A DNA stretch of 64,000 nt from a virus. The notes beneath the pieces are model-generated. The model had not been told where the DNA came from, searched no databases, and worked only from the letters and a program-made list of their open reading frames with translations. Positions within the stretch are counted from its first letter, which is position 1. Every line of letters begins with the position of its first letter. The DNA lies in the IMG/VR virus record IMGVR_UViG_3300042307_002096, positions 1-64,000 of that record; one strand, 5' to 3'. The translations under genes were made by a program, and so were the position numbers. Of the stretch, positions 36,856 to 46,880 are shown one piece after another.

Positions 36856-37083
36856 TTATTTGGATTTCTTTTTGTTTTTGGATTTTTTCTTGCGCTTGTT
36901 CATACCGGAGCGTGTAATAACCCCACCAAATAAACTTTTGGGAGTGCGAGCATCTCCGGGAGCATAATTATCCCCGCTAAATTCAGTGGCAGTAGCTCCA
37001 ACGTTTGGTCCAAAAGCGGATCCAGCTCCACCAGCAACTACGTCTTCGTTAAGGACTTCTTCAACTATTTTTTGAAATTCCAT
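36856..37083 (-). CDS. Small protein with MEFQKIVEEVLNE leader and basic tail
   Basis: TAATTA 5 nt before ATG. Confidence 0.6.
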   Translation of the reverse strand: MEFQKIVEEVLNEDVVAGGAGSAFGPNVGATATEFSGDNYAPGDARTPKSLFGGVITRSGMNKRKKKSKNKKKSK

Positions 37084-37138
37084 AAAAGTAATTAAGAAAA
37101 ATAGTTGACAATTATACTAAGTAAACGATATTAACTAC

Positions 37139-37470
37139 ATCACTGTTAGTGCCACCCAAAGCGTAATAGCGGGGCTTAGTAGTAAGATAAACAAACAGGA
37201 GTCAGTGATTAATAAATTAAAAACACATCTCGAAGTGCGCTAATTGCGTGACCGTTGTTTAGCATTTTTGCTAGGACCGCTCAAGCCAGCCCTTATAGGA
37301 CAACCGAGGGGGCATACTAATCACAAGATTTTTTGAAGCTTGTTACACCCGACTGAGACTCGTTTTATACGGAGTATTAAAGATTGGAGGTTTTCCCTAA
37401 TAACGGGGGACCTCCCTCCTTCAATCTGAATTGCCGGAATATAAAGATATATTATAAAAGGGCGGGAGAA
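37139..37470 (+). ncRNA. Candidate structured ncRNA or origin-associated element
   Basis: Largest ORF-free gap in the core region; GC-richer; several stems; TTGACA at 37105. Confidence 0.45.
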
Positions 37471-37516
37471 AGAAAAGTAGATTTTTTATTTTTTTGGTTT
37501 ATTGTTTATAAATTAA

Positions 37517-37930
37517 ATGGAAGAAAATACCTCTAAAGATTTGTTTATTGAATACCATCAAAAGATAGAAGAATTTCTTAAAATTGATGAATTGAATATG
37601 AAAGACGCACAAATGGCTCTTCCTTCAGTTAGGCATTATTGGGTTGGACGTTTAATGTTCCATAAACAACAAATCAACAAACTCAAAAAGGCTAAAGAAA
37701 AAGCTACAAAAACCCTTCGTGTAAAATTAGAAAATGAATCTCCTATTGGGTTGAGTCCAAAAACAATTGCTGAATCTATTTCTAAGCATGAAATAATGCA
37801 AAAAATTGATGATCAAATTATTGACAATGAATTGCTCGTGGAGTATTTGACCAAAGTAGAATCTAATTTTAGAGATGCTCAATACGGAATGAACAATCTT
37901 ACAAAAATTATCACGCTAGAAACAACATAA
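37517..37930 (+). CDS. uvsY: Recombination mediator UvsY-like
   Basis: Size, helical pattern and position upstream of UvsW. Confidence 0.65.
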   Translation: MEENTSKDLFIEYHQKIEEFLKIDELNMKDAQMALPSVRHYWVGRLMFHKQQINKLKKAKEKATKTLRVKLENESPIGLSPKTIAESISKHEIMQKIDDQIIDNELLVEYLTKVESNFRDAQYGMNNLTKIITLETT

Positions 37931-39369
37931 TGGAAGTAATTTTTGATTTTGATACGGTTGCTAGAAAACCTAAAATCATTTCCGAATATCTTGATCAGAT
38001 CAGGGAACATTTTTCAATTGAAGATAAAGCTCTAGTATTCCTAAGAAAAAGAACAGGCCGAAATATGCCAGTCAGAAAATACGCAATATCCAACAAAGGA
38101 TATTTCGACCTTCCTTTTTTTGATGAAATTTGTAATGAAATTAAAATAAACTTTCCGTCATTGCAAATAAAAGTTACTTCTAAACTTACAGAAAAAATTA
38201 ACGCAAACCCTATAGCTGATCAGCACGTACCTCTTAATTTAACCCCTAGAGATTATCAAACAGAATCAGCAAACGAGGCTTTGCGTAAAGGTAAGGGCAT
38301 AATTGTGCTTCCAACATCTGCAGGAAAGACACTTGTAATTGCTCTCATTGCTTCAACAATCCTTAAAGAAAAGGATTATAATATACTTGTCCTTGTTCCA
38401 GATATTCAATTGGTTCAACAAACGTATCAGGATTTTTTAGATTACGGTATTTCAAAAGACTTAATTTCTAAATGGACAGGAAATTATGAATTTTCCCCAA
38501 CTAAAATTGTTGTTGCTAACAATCAAATATTGCTTTCAAAAAAACAAAATACCGATATTTTGGAAAGATTTCAAACAATTATATGCGATGAGTGCCATAA
38601 AATTTCCACGGCACATAAAATTTCAAATCTTGTTAAATCTTTAAAAGCGGAACATATGTTTGCGTTTACGGGTTCGTTGCCAGAAAGTAAATTTGATGTG
38701 TGGACAATTAATAGAATTTTTGGATCTGTGATTTATTATAAAAAATCAATTGAATTAAGACAAGATAAGTTTATTTCAAAAGTAAGAGTTGTTGCTCTTG
38801 AATTAAATTACAAAAACATTCCGCAATTCACAAAGCCTTCAATGTCAGAACCCACAGCTGGATACGAAGAAGAAACTACATGGTTGCACACAAATGAATA
38901 TAGAAATTCTGTTATCGCAAAACTTATAAACAAGCTTGAAACAAACACACTTGTTCTTGTTGATCGTATTGTACATGGAGAACATTTGCTGGAATTTTTG
39001 AAAACTACAACAAACAAACAAATATTTTTTATTCAAGGTTCTGTTGAGGTAGAAGAGCGAGAAAAAATGAGAGCTTTAATGGAAGAAACCTCTGGTGTTG
39101 TATGTATTGCTATTTCTAAAATATTTTCTACTGGTATTTCAATTAAAAATTTGCATAATATAATTTTTGCATCTATCGGAAAAGCTCGTATTAAAATTAT
39201 TCAATCAATTGGAAGAAGTTTGCGTTTGCATCACACTAAACAAATTGCTACTATTTTTGACATAGCAGATGTGTGTTTAAAATACGGATACACTCATTTT
39301 GAGGAAAGAAAGCGTTTATATGAAACGGAAAATATTCCATTAATTTCTTCTGAGCTTGTTGAAAAATAA
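37930..39369 (+). CDS. uvsW: SF2 helicase UvsW
   Basis: PRDYQ, PTSAGKT, DECH, TGS, QSIGRSLR. Confidence 0.9.
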   Translation: MEVIFDFDTVARKPKIISEYLDQIREHFSIEDKALVFLRKRTGRNMPVRKYAISNKGYFDLPFFDEICNEIKINFPSLQIKVTSKLTEKINANPIADQHVPLNLTPRDYQTESANEALRKGKGIIVLPTSAGKTLVIALIASTILKEKDYNILVLVPDIQLVQQTYQDFLDYGISKDLISKWTGNYEFSPTKIVVANNQILLSKKQNTDILERFQTIICDECHKISTAHKISNLVKSLKAEHMFAFTGSLPESKFDVWTINRIFGSVIYYKKSIELRQDKFISKVRVVALELNYKNIPQFTKPSMSEPTAGYEEETTWLHTNEYRNSVIAKLINKLETNTLVLVDRIVHGEHLLEFLKTTTNKQIFFIQGSVEVEEREKMRALMEETSGVVCIAISKIFSTGISIKNLHNIIFASIGKARIKIIQSIGRSLRLHHTKQIATIFDIADVCLKYGYTHFEERKRLYETENIPLISSELVEK

Positions 39370-39396
39370 TACAATACATATATAATCCACTTTTAC

Positions 39397-39885
39397 ATGA
39401 ATCCAGCCATACCGCAAAAAAGAGTCCGAAGAACAAAAGAGGAATTGAAAGATGTTTATATTGATCCGACTGAAATGGAAACATTAATAGAGCAATATTA
39501 TGCTTCTGAGGAAGATATTATTTCCGAACGTCTTGCTGAAATGATTCAAATGATTGCAGTACGCTTAGGTCTTGCGCGTAATTTTTATTCGTATAGTTTC
39601 AAAACCGAGATGCAAGGAGATGCCATTGTCAAAATGATGACTGCGCTAAGGCGCAAGCGGTTCAAGTGTAATTCTGGGTACAATCCATTTTCTTATTTTA
39701 CTAAAGTTGCTTATCACGCTTTTCAAAATTGCATTAAGAAAAACAAAAAAGATTTTGAAACGCTTAAACGATACCAAGAAGAAATATACGAAAATCATGT
39801 TTGTAGTGGGTATATTCCCTCTAGAAAAAATACACACAATATTTCTAGCGACGATTATACACAAAACGGTCACTATGAAGGTTAA
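39397..39885 (+). CDS. Late sigma factor (T4 gp55-like)
   Basis: NF.SYSFK.EM.GDA, NPFSYFT..AY.AF...IKK.KK. Confidence 0.85.
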   Translation: MNPAIPQKRVRRTKEELKDVYIDPTEMETLIEQYYASEEDIISERLAEMIQMIAVRLGLARNFYSYSFKTEMQGDAIVKMMTALRRKRFKCNSGYNPFSYFTKVAYHAFQNCIKKNKKDFETLKRYQEEIYENHVCSGYIPSRKNTHNISSDDYTQNGHYEG

Positions 39886-40933
39886 TCCTAAAAACAATAA
39901 AGTTCTTTTTTTCTCAGATTTGCATTTGGGGGTGCATCAAAATTCCCAAACCTGGCACAAGATTTGTTTAGATCTTGCTGAGTGGATTAATGTAGTAATG
40001 AAAGAACAAAAGCTAGATACTATATTTTTTGCTGGTGACGTATTTCATGATCGACATGAAATTGGTGTTAACACTCTTCATACTGCAAAAAAATTCTTTG
40101 ATACGCTAAAAGAATATCAAATTCACATTGTTCCTGGTAACCATGATGCGTTTTTGTCATCAACAGTTGAAGTCAATTCGGTAGAAATTCTTGAACAAAC
40201 AAACATCCATGTTTACACTAATCCAACCACTATAGAAGTTAATGATAAACTTGTCACGTTTTGCCCGTGGAAAACAGTTGTAAAAGATCTTGAAAAGGTT
40301 GATATGTTAGTTGGTCATTTTGAAATTGCTAACTTTAAAATGAATGCCACAAAAATTTGTGATCACGGAGATTCATCTACGGATCTTTTAGAAAAAGCAA
40401 ATGCTGTAATAACGGGACATTTTCACTATAAAGAAACCAGAAATTATGAAGGGAATAAATACGTAATGTATTTGGGTTCTCCATATGAAATGGATTTTGG
40501 AGATCGAGATCAACAAAAAGGAGTCACTGTTATTGATTTTGATGATTTAACTAAATTTGAATTTATTGAGAACAATATTACTCCAAAACATTTTCGATTA
40601 AAAATTTCAGAGCTAGTTCAGAAAAAATATCAAGATTTGCCAGCTCTTATTAAGGGTAATATTATTAGTGTGTATGTTGATATTAAAATAGACACATTAA
40701 CTCTTGATTTGCTAATATCTAAATTAACTCAATACGGACCATTGCAATTTAGAACTGAGTTTAATATTTTAGATACTGCTCAAATTGATACTAAAGATGT
40801 TAAAAAGTTATCTATCGATATTGAAACAGCTTTTCATGAATTTGTAGATCATGTTGACACTAGAGCTACCAAAAAAGAAGTACTTGATAAATGTCTAGAG
40901 TTGTATAAATTATGTCAAACATCTCATGAGTAA
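39875..40933 (+). CDS. Recombination nuclease (gp47/Mre11-like)
   Basis: SDLHLG, GDVFH, GNHD, GHFH, YLGSP. Confidence 0.9.
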   Translation: MKVNPKNNKVLFFSDLHLGVHQNSQTWHKICLDLAEWINVVMKEQKLDTIFFAGDVFHDRHEIGVNTLHTAKKFFDTLKEYQIHIVPGNHDAFLSSTVEVNSVEILEQTNIHVYTNPTTIEVNDKLVTFCPWKTVVKDLEKVDMLVGHFEIANFKMNATKICDHGDSSTDLLEKANAVITGHFHYKETRNYEGNKYVMYLGSPYEMDFGDRDQQKGVTVIDFDDLTKFEFIENNITPKHFRLKISELVQKKYQDLPALIKGNIISVYVDIKIDTLTLDLLISKLTQYGPLQFRTEFNILDTAQIDTKDVKKLSIDIETAFHEFVDHVDTRATKKEVLDKCLELYKLCQTSHE

Positions 40934-41777
40934 TACAAAAGAAAAAATTGGGGTCGGTATCGTGACTCATGAAAGGTTAAATTATTTAAAAACTTTGTTG
41001 GAATCGTTGCTTCCTTGCAGAGATGTCATTGACGAACTTGTGGTAGTTAATGACGGAAAACCAATTGATAACTTTAAATTAAAATTTGGAGAATGGCTAC
41101 AAAATGAAACCAATCAAGGTGTTGCTAAGTCCAAAAACAGAGCAATGAAGCATCTTTTTGATAAAGATTGTGATTATATTTTTATCATCGAAGATGACAT
41201 GATAATTAAAGATAATTCAATTTTTCAAAAATATGTGGAAGCTCATAAGGTTAGCGGTATACATCACTTCAATTACGGCCCTGGTTCTCCATTTAACCGC
41301 AAACAAACTATTAAAGACTTTGATTTGCACAATAGACACTTGCTTGACGAGAAAACTGAACCAAACCCAAAACTAATTGTAGATTATAAAGTGTGCAAAA
41401 TTGCACTATACGAGCACACTGTTGCTATGTTCTCATTTTTTACAAAAACCTTGTTAAAGCAAGGTTTAGGTTATATGTGTGAGGATTTTGATAATTGTTG
41501 GGAACATGTGTCAAGTACAAACTACATTATTAGAGCAGGATATCATCCTCCGTTTTGGTGGTTTGCTGATTTAGCTAATAGCCACGATTTAATTACAGAG
41601 GCTCCTGGAGCAATTGAAAACTCGTCAATTGCTAAAGATAAATCCGAATGGATGAAGAAAGTAATGGCTGGCAGAGAAATTTACAAAACCAAGCATGGGT
41701 ACTATCCAAATCAACCTCCTTTGTATACTGAAGAGCAAGTTATAGAAGTTTTAAAACAATTAAAGAAAAATAAATGA
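40926..41777 (+). CDS. Glycosyltransferase, GT-A/GT2-like
   Basis: VVVNDG, N.GVA..KN, IEDD. Confidence 0.8.
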   Translation: MSNTKEKIGVGIVTHERLNYLKTLLESLLPCRDVIDELVVVNDGKPIDNFKLKFGEWLQNETNQGVAKSKNRAMKHLFDKDCDYIFIIEDDMIIKDNSIFQKYVEAHKVSGIHHFNYGPGSPFNRKQTIKDFDLHNRHLLDEKTEPNPKLIVDYKVCKIALYEHTVAMFSFFTKTLLKQGLGYMCEDFDNCWEHVSSTNYIIRAGYHPPFWWFADLANSHDLITEAPGAIENSSIAKDKSEWMKKVMAGREIYKTKHGYYPNQPPLYTEEQVIEVLKQLKKNK

Positions 41778-42550
41778 ACGAAATTATTACATTTGGAAAA
41801 GGATATAATCTAAGTCCAGGCATTAAAGTATTTGTAAAAAGTGCAAAACAATTTTGCAATAAGCTAACAATTATCTGCTCGAGTTTAACTTCCGAATTAA
41901 TGGAATTTTTAAAACAAAATGAAGTTAATATTGTAAGCGCTGACGATATTGCTAAAACTCACAACGTACAAATTAATATTTCTCCTTATACACTAAAGGT
42001 TATTTTCTTTTACTTGTATTGCAAACATTATTGTACTAGTAGTAATGTGTATTTGTGCGATTTTACTGATGTTTGTTTTCAAAAAAATTTATTTGAAATA
42101 ATTGCAAACGAAAAGCCCTATGTGACAAGTGAAAACTATTTGATTGCAAATTGCCAAACCAATACTACTTGGATTAATCTTTGTTATAATGCAGATATTT
42201 ATAATCTTCTTAAAAAATACGAAATTGTTAATGGTGGGAGCATTCTCGGAAAACTGCCTTTAACTATCGATTTGCTTAAAGAAATGTGTATAGACATGAC
42301 ACAAATTATTTCGAGAATCGGGAACTATCAAAACATTGATCAGGCTTCGTTAAACAAAGTAGTTTATTTTGATCAAGCTCGTTATAATATTTTAAACAAC
42401 TTAGAAATAGCAAATCTAGCTCATTTTGGAAATGCTGATACAGTATTAGAAAAAAATAAAGTATGTATTAATAAAAAACAACCATACGTACTTCATCAAT
42501 ACGATGTTATTAAACCTTTAGAAAATTTTTTATATGAGCAATTTAACTAA
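41774..42550 (+). CDS. Putative glycosyltransferase, GT-A-like
   Basis: DFTDV.FQ, N.G.I.G, DQA.LN, VLHQYD. Confidence 0.65.
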   Translation: MNEIITFGKGYNLSPGIKVFVKSAKQFCNKLTIICSSLTSELMEFLKQNEVNIVSADDIAKTHNVQINISPYTLKVIFFYLYCKHYCTSSNVYLCDFTDVCFQKNLFEIIANEKPYVTSENYLIANCQTNTTWINLCYNADIYNLLKKYEIVNGGSILGKLPLTIDLLKEMCIDMTQIISRIGNYQNIDQASLNKVVYFDQARYNILNNLEIANLAHFGNADTVLEKNKVCINKKQPYVLHQYDVIKPLENFLYEQFN

Positions 42551-43283
42551 TAAGTTTGATGTAATTGTTTTGTCATTAGCTGTTGACAAACAAACATTCG
42601 AAACCACTAAAACTTGTGTAGATTCGTATATTAGCACAGCTGATGAGCTTATTAATAAAATTTATGTCGTTGAAACTAATCAGGAATTTGATGAAGATTA
42701 CAATCAACCAAAAGTTGAAGTAATAAAGCCAGGGGAGCAATTTAATTACAACAAATTTTATAATATTGCGTTGGAAAAATGCGAGGCTGAATTTATTATC
42801 GGTCCAAATAACGACTTAATAATTCAACCAAATTGCTTGCAAACAATTGTTAAGGAATTTAATAATACCAATGCAATTCAGTCAATTTCGCCAATTGATA
42901 GAAACTGGCACAGACATACAAAAATGTATTTGCCGTCTGAAAATAAAATTTACTATGGAACAGAGGTGTCTTTACATATGTATGGTTGTATTTTTTGTTG
43001 CAGAAGATCTGTTTTTGAAAAAATTGGTTATCTGGATGAAACATTTTACTTCTTTTACCAAGACAACGACTATGTCATGTCACTGGAAAGGTGCGGCTTG
43101 CTTCACGGGGTTCATACAGGTGCAAGAGTAACTCATCAATCAGGTCATTCGAACAAATATGCTGAAGAGCGACTCCAGTACACTCCAAAAAATATGAACG
43201 ATCAAGGCAATCTTTTGGCTAACAAATGGAATAGCGAACCGTTTAAATCCGGAGGTTATAAACAATTTAGACAATACAAATGA
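42534..43283 (+). CDS. GT2 glycosyltransferase
   Basis: FNYNK..N, NNDL, IG.LDE.F.F...DND. Confidence 0.8.
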   Translation: MSNLTNKFDVIVLSLAVDKQTFETTKTCVDSYISTADELINKIYVVETNQEFDEDYNQPKVEVIKPGEQFNYNKFYNIALEKCEAEFIIGPNNDLIIQPNCLQTIVKEFNNTNAIQSISPIDRNWHRHTKMYLPSENKIYYGTEVSLHMYGCIFCCRRSVFEKIGYLDETFYFFYQDNDYVMSLERCGLLHGVHTGARVTHQSGHSNKYAEERLQYTPKNMNDQGNLLANKWNSEPFKSGGYKQFRQYK

Positions 43284-44230
43284 AAACAATTGCATTTCAT
43301 TCTAATCAATTAGGCATTAGAGGGACGGAAGTTGCTTTATATGATTATGCTCTTTATAATGAAGAAATTTTAAACAATAAATCATACATTATTTCTTGCG
43401 CAAAAGCAGATCTTGCTACTTTAAAAAAATTTCAAAATAAATTTGAAGTATTTTTGTACGATCAATTTCATGATTGTTTTGATTTTGTTAAAGACAAAAA
43501 TATTGAATATGTGTATTATATTAAAGCTGGAGATAACGACGGAAAAATAATTCCTAAGGTTAAAAATTTAATTCATGTTGTATTTCAAAACAAAGACGTG
43601 CATGGAGACAAATACGCATATATTTCAAATTGGTTAGCCAACAAAATGAATATGGAAAGCAGTTATGTACCTCATATTGTTTCTTTACCGGAACCAGAAA
43701 CAAATTACAGAAAACAATTAGGTATTTCCAAAAAAAATATCGTTATTGGAAGATACGGAGGATACGATGAATTTGATCTTCCGTTTGTTCATAAAGAAAT
43801 TTATAATATATTGCAATTAAGAAGCGATATTAAATTTTTGTTTATGAATACAAGACCGTTTGGACCAGAACATTCAAATATTATTTACATCAACGGAACT
43901 CACAACATTCAAAACAAGTCTAATTTTATTAATACATGTGATTATATGATTCACGGAAGAAATCATGGAGAAAGTTTTGGTTTAGCAATTTGTGAATTTT
44001 TGTATGGCGGAAAACCTGTTATTAGTTGGAAAGACGGATTAGATAGACACCACATTGAATTGTTAAAAAACAAAGGAATATGGTACGAGAATTCAATTCA
44101 ATTATATAATATTCTTATTAACCTTGATAAACAATACAAAGATATTACATCAAGTGATTGTAAAATGTTAGTTAAACAATTTTCCCCAAAAAACGTTATG
44201 GACCGTTTTAATAAAATATTTTTGCAATGA
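43280..44230 (+). CDS. GT-B (GT4-like) glycosyltransferase
   Basis: RGTE..LYDYA, GESFGLAICE. Confidence 0.8.
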   Translation: MKTIAFHSNQLGIRGTEVALYDYALYNEEILNNKSYIISCAKADLATLKKFQNKFEVFLYDQFHDCFDFVKDKNIEYVYYIKAGDNDGKIIPKVKNLIHVVFQNKDVHGDKYAYISNWLANKMNMESSYVPHIVSLPEPETNYRKQLGISKKNIVIGRYGGYDEFDLPFVHKEIYNILQLRSDIKFLFMNTRPFGPEHSNIIYINGTHNIQNKSNFINTCDYMIHGRNHGESFGLAICEFLYGGKPVISWKDGLDRHHIELLKNKGIWYENSIQLYNILINLDKQYKDITSSDCKMLVKQFSPKNVMDRFNKIFLQ

Positions 44231-45084
44231 AAATTTTATATTTGACTAAAGGAGATCACGTAGATTATCAAAATGATTGTTTGCTTATCGGATTTAAAGA
44301 ATTATTTGGATCAGATGTAGTGGATTACAATAAGCAATCTCACAATTACGTTACATATGATGAGCAAGCAGCTAAAAGTTTGTACGGAATGGGAATGTCC
44401 GTTACAAGAATACTACCGGATTTAGAAGTAGATAGAACAGACATTACTGCTAAAATTAAAAATAAATATTTTGATTATATTGTATACGGCTCGATTTGGA
44501 GATGTAACGACTACATTCAAACAATTCTTGAATATTACCCAAAACATAAGGTTATTGTTGTTGATGGAGAAGACGAATCCAATATTCACAAAATTTTTGA
44601 TTTAGGAATTTTATACTTTAAAAGAGAATTGCAATATAAGCATGAAAGATTGTTTCCAATATCTTTTGCTATACCTACCTCTAAAGTAAATTTTATCAAA
44701 AATAAAACAAGAGATATTGCTATCTGTAATCCTGCAGACCGCTCAACTTACATTTATAAAAATGAAAAAGATTATTATGAAGGTTATCAAGAGTCTCGTA
44801 TTGGTATTACTATGAAAAAAGCCGGCTGGGATTGTATGCGGCATTATGAAATTTTGGCTAATGGTTGTTTACCATATTTCATTAATATTGATAAGTGTCC
44901 TAATTTTACGATGACGTCTTTTCCAAAACAATTATGCATAGATTTAATCAATAATGCAAAAAATGTTAATGCTCAAACATTATATGATCAATTTGCTGAC
45001 AAATTCGAGAATCATTTGTTAACGCACAATACCACGAATGCTTTAGCAAAATACGTAACTAATTGTTTGTTAACTAACATATGA
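44227..45084 (+). CDS. Putative glycosyltransferase
   Basis: DGED, YFKREL, KKAGWDCMRHYEILANGC.PYF. Confidence 0.65.
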   Translation: MKILYLTKGDHVDYQNDCLLIGFKELFGSDVVDYNKQSHNYVTYDEQAAKSLYGMGMSVTRILPDLEVDRTDITAKIKNKYFDYIVYGSIWRCNDYIQTILEYYPKHKVIVVDGEDESNIHKIFDLGILYFKRELQYKHERLFPISFAIPTSKVNFIKNKTRDIAICNPADRSTYIYKNEKDYYEGYQESRIGITMKKAGWDCMRHYEILANGCLPYFINIDKCPNFTMTSFPKQLCIDLINNAKNVNAQTLYDQFADKFENHLLTHNTTNALAKYVTNCLLTNI

Positions 45085-45695
45085 CAACAAACGTATTTTA
45101 TCATTTATCTTCTTTAAATGATTACAAAGCGCGGTTTTGCTCTACTTACGAAAAGATCATGAAGAGTGGATTACTTGACAAGATTAATAACTTCTTTGTT
45201 ATTACAGACTCTACTTCTGCTCATTTTTTAAATATGTTAAACGTCAATGTTATTAAGGTTGACAGCTTAATGGCGAGCGAGCGCCCAACGTTAATGTTTT
45301 TAAAAAATTTTGCTTTAGAGAATGAAGGATACAGTTTATATTTGCATTGTAAAGGTTCGTCTCGACCATACGATCAACGTATTCAGGATTGGATAAATAT
45401 GCTTGAGTATTTTTGCATTGAGCAATTTGAACGATGTATTGAAGAGTTAAAAAACAATTATAATGTTGTAGGATGCAATTTTAAAAAAGATGCTGATGAG
45501 CCACATTTTTCTGGTAATTTTTGGTGGGCCAATAACAATTATCTTGCTACACTACCAGAATTAAATTCTGACGATAGAATAAGATGCGAAATGTGGATAG
45601 GTAAAGGAGTAAATTTAAAAGCTAAAACCTTACACGATTCACCAATAAACCACTATAACAAAACATATCCAGCCAGTAAATATACAACAAATTAA
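45081..45695 (+). CDS. Glycan-cluster-associated protein
   Basis: E.PTL, LYLH.KG, HFSGNFWW, EMWIG. Confidence 0.6.
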   Translation: MTTNVFYHLSSLNDYKARFCSTYEKIMKSGLLDKINNFFVITDSTSAHFLNMLNVNVIKVDSLMASERPTLMFLKNFALENEGYSLYLHCKGSSRPYDQRIQDWINMLEYFCIEQFERCIEELKNNYNVVGCNFKKDADEPHFSGNFWWANNNYLATLPELNSDDRIRCEMWIGKGVNLKAKTLHDSPINHYNKTYPASKYTTN

Positions 45696-45699
45696 CATT

Positions 45700-46293
45700 A
45701 TGGAAAGAACAGAAATTATTAATCGTCTTATTGCAAAACACAACTACAAAAATTATCTTGAAATAGGAGTTCAATACGGTCACAATTTTAGAGACATAAA
45801 TTTACCAAGAAAATGCAAAACCGCTGTTGATATTAAAAAGCAAATTCTAGATTTTGAATATTTTCTAGACCACGAGACCACGAGTGACGAATTTTTCAAA
45901 CAAAATACAAAAAAATACGACATTATTTTTATTGACGGGGACCATAGCTTCGAACAATCATATTTAGACGTAACAAATGCTTTGCAGTGTTTAAATCTTG
46001 AAGGAACTATTGTTTGCCACGATTGCTATCCAACAACAGAAGAGCTTGCTAGCTTTAGTTTTATGGGAACGGTATACAAGACCATTTTAAAGTTGCGGAT
46101 GACAAGAACTGATTTAAATATTTTTGTTGTAAATACTGATTGTGGTTGCGGAGTAATACAACGTTGTGCTCCGCAAGAAAAACCACCCGTTCAACATGAT
46201 GAATCATTATATGTTTACAAAAATTTTATAACAAGAGCAAAAGAATATTTAAATTTAAAAGAAACCAGCGAGTTTATTTCAACGTTAAATTAA
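45700..46293 (+). CDS. Class I SAM methyltransferase (Methyltransf_24-like)
   Basis: YLEIG, DIIFIDGDH, G.IV.HDC. Confidence 0.85.
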   Translation: MERTEIINRLIAKHNYKNYLEIGVQYGHNFRDINLPRKCKTAVDIKKQILDFEYFLDHETTSDEFFKQNTKKYDIIFIDGDHSFEQSYLDVTNALQCLNLEGTIVCHDCYPTTEELASFSFMGTVYKTILKLRMTRTDLNIFVVNTDCGCGVIQRCAPQEKPPVQHDESLYVYKNFITRAKEYLNLKETSEFISTLN

Positions 46294-46299
46294 TAAATT

Positions 46300-46848
46300 A
46301 TGATTAATAAAGAAAAATGGACCTTGAAAAGAAGAGATGGCGTATCTTCAGCATGGAAAGGTTTGGAAGATTACATCAATCCAATTATTAAGAATTTTAA
46401 CATACAACCCAACACTGCCTTAGAATTTGGAGTAGATCTTGGTTACAGTGCTGATATTTTTTCACAAGTATTTAATAAAGTTGTTGGGGTTGATTCGTTT
46501 ATTGGAGACGTTCACATTAGACACGAGCAAGGAGATGGTTTTTATCACTCTGTTAAAAATTCTTTTATTGACACAAACGTAGAAATCATTAGATCCTCTT
46601 TTGAAGACTTTATTGCGAATAACAAAAATCAATATGATTTAGTTCATATAGATATTGTTCATGAATATGCTCCAACTTTTGCATGTGCTGACTGGGCTAT
46701 TCAACACAGTAATGTAGTTATTTTACATGACACTGTTTCATTTCCGGAAATTTATAAAGTCTGTGAAGATATTTCCTGTAAACACAACGCTAAATTTTAC
46801 AACATAACTGATCATTTTGGTTTGGGAATTCTATACAAAAATAGTTGA
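46300..46848 (+). CDS. Class I SAM methyltransferase
   Basis: LEFGVD.GYS, DLVHID..H.Y, HDT. Confidence 0.8.
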   Translation: MINKEKWTLKRRDGVSSAWKGLEDYINPIIKNFNIQPNTALEFGVDLGYSADIFSQVFNKVVGVDSFIGDVHIRHEQGDGFYHSVKNSFIDTNVEIIRSSFEDFIANNKNQYDLVHIDIVHEYAPTFACADWAIQHSNVVILHDTVSFPEIYKVCEDISCKHNAKFYNITDHFGLGILYKNS

Positions 46849-46880
46849 AAAATAAAATAGCTACTGTACTCTAGTAACAG

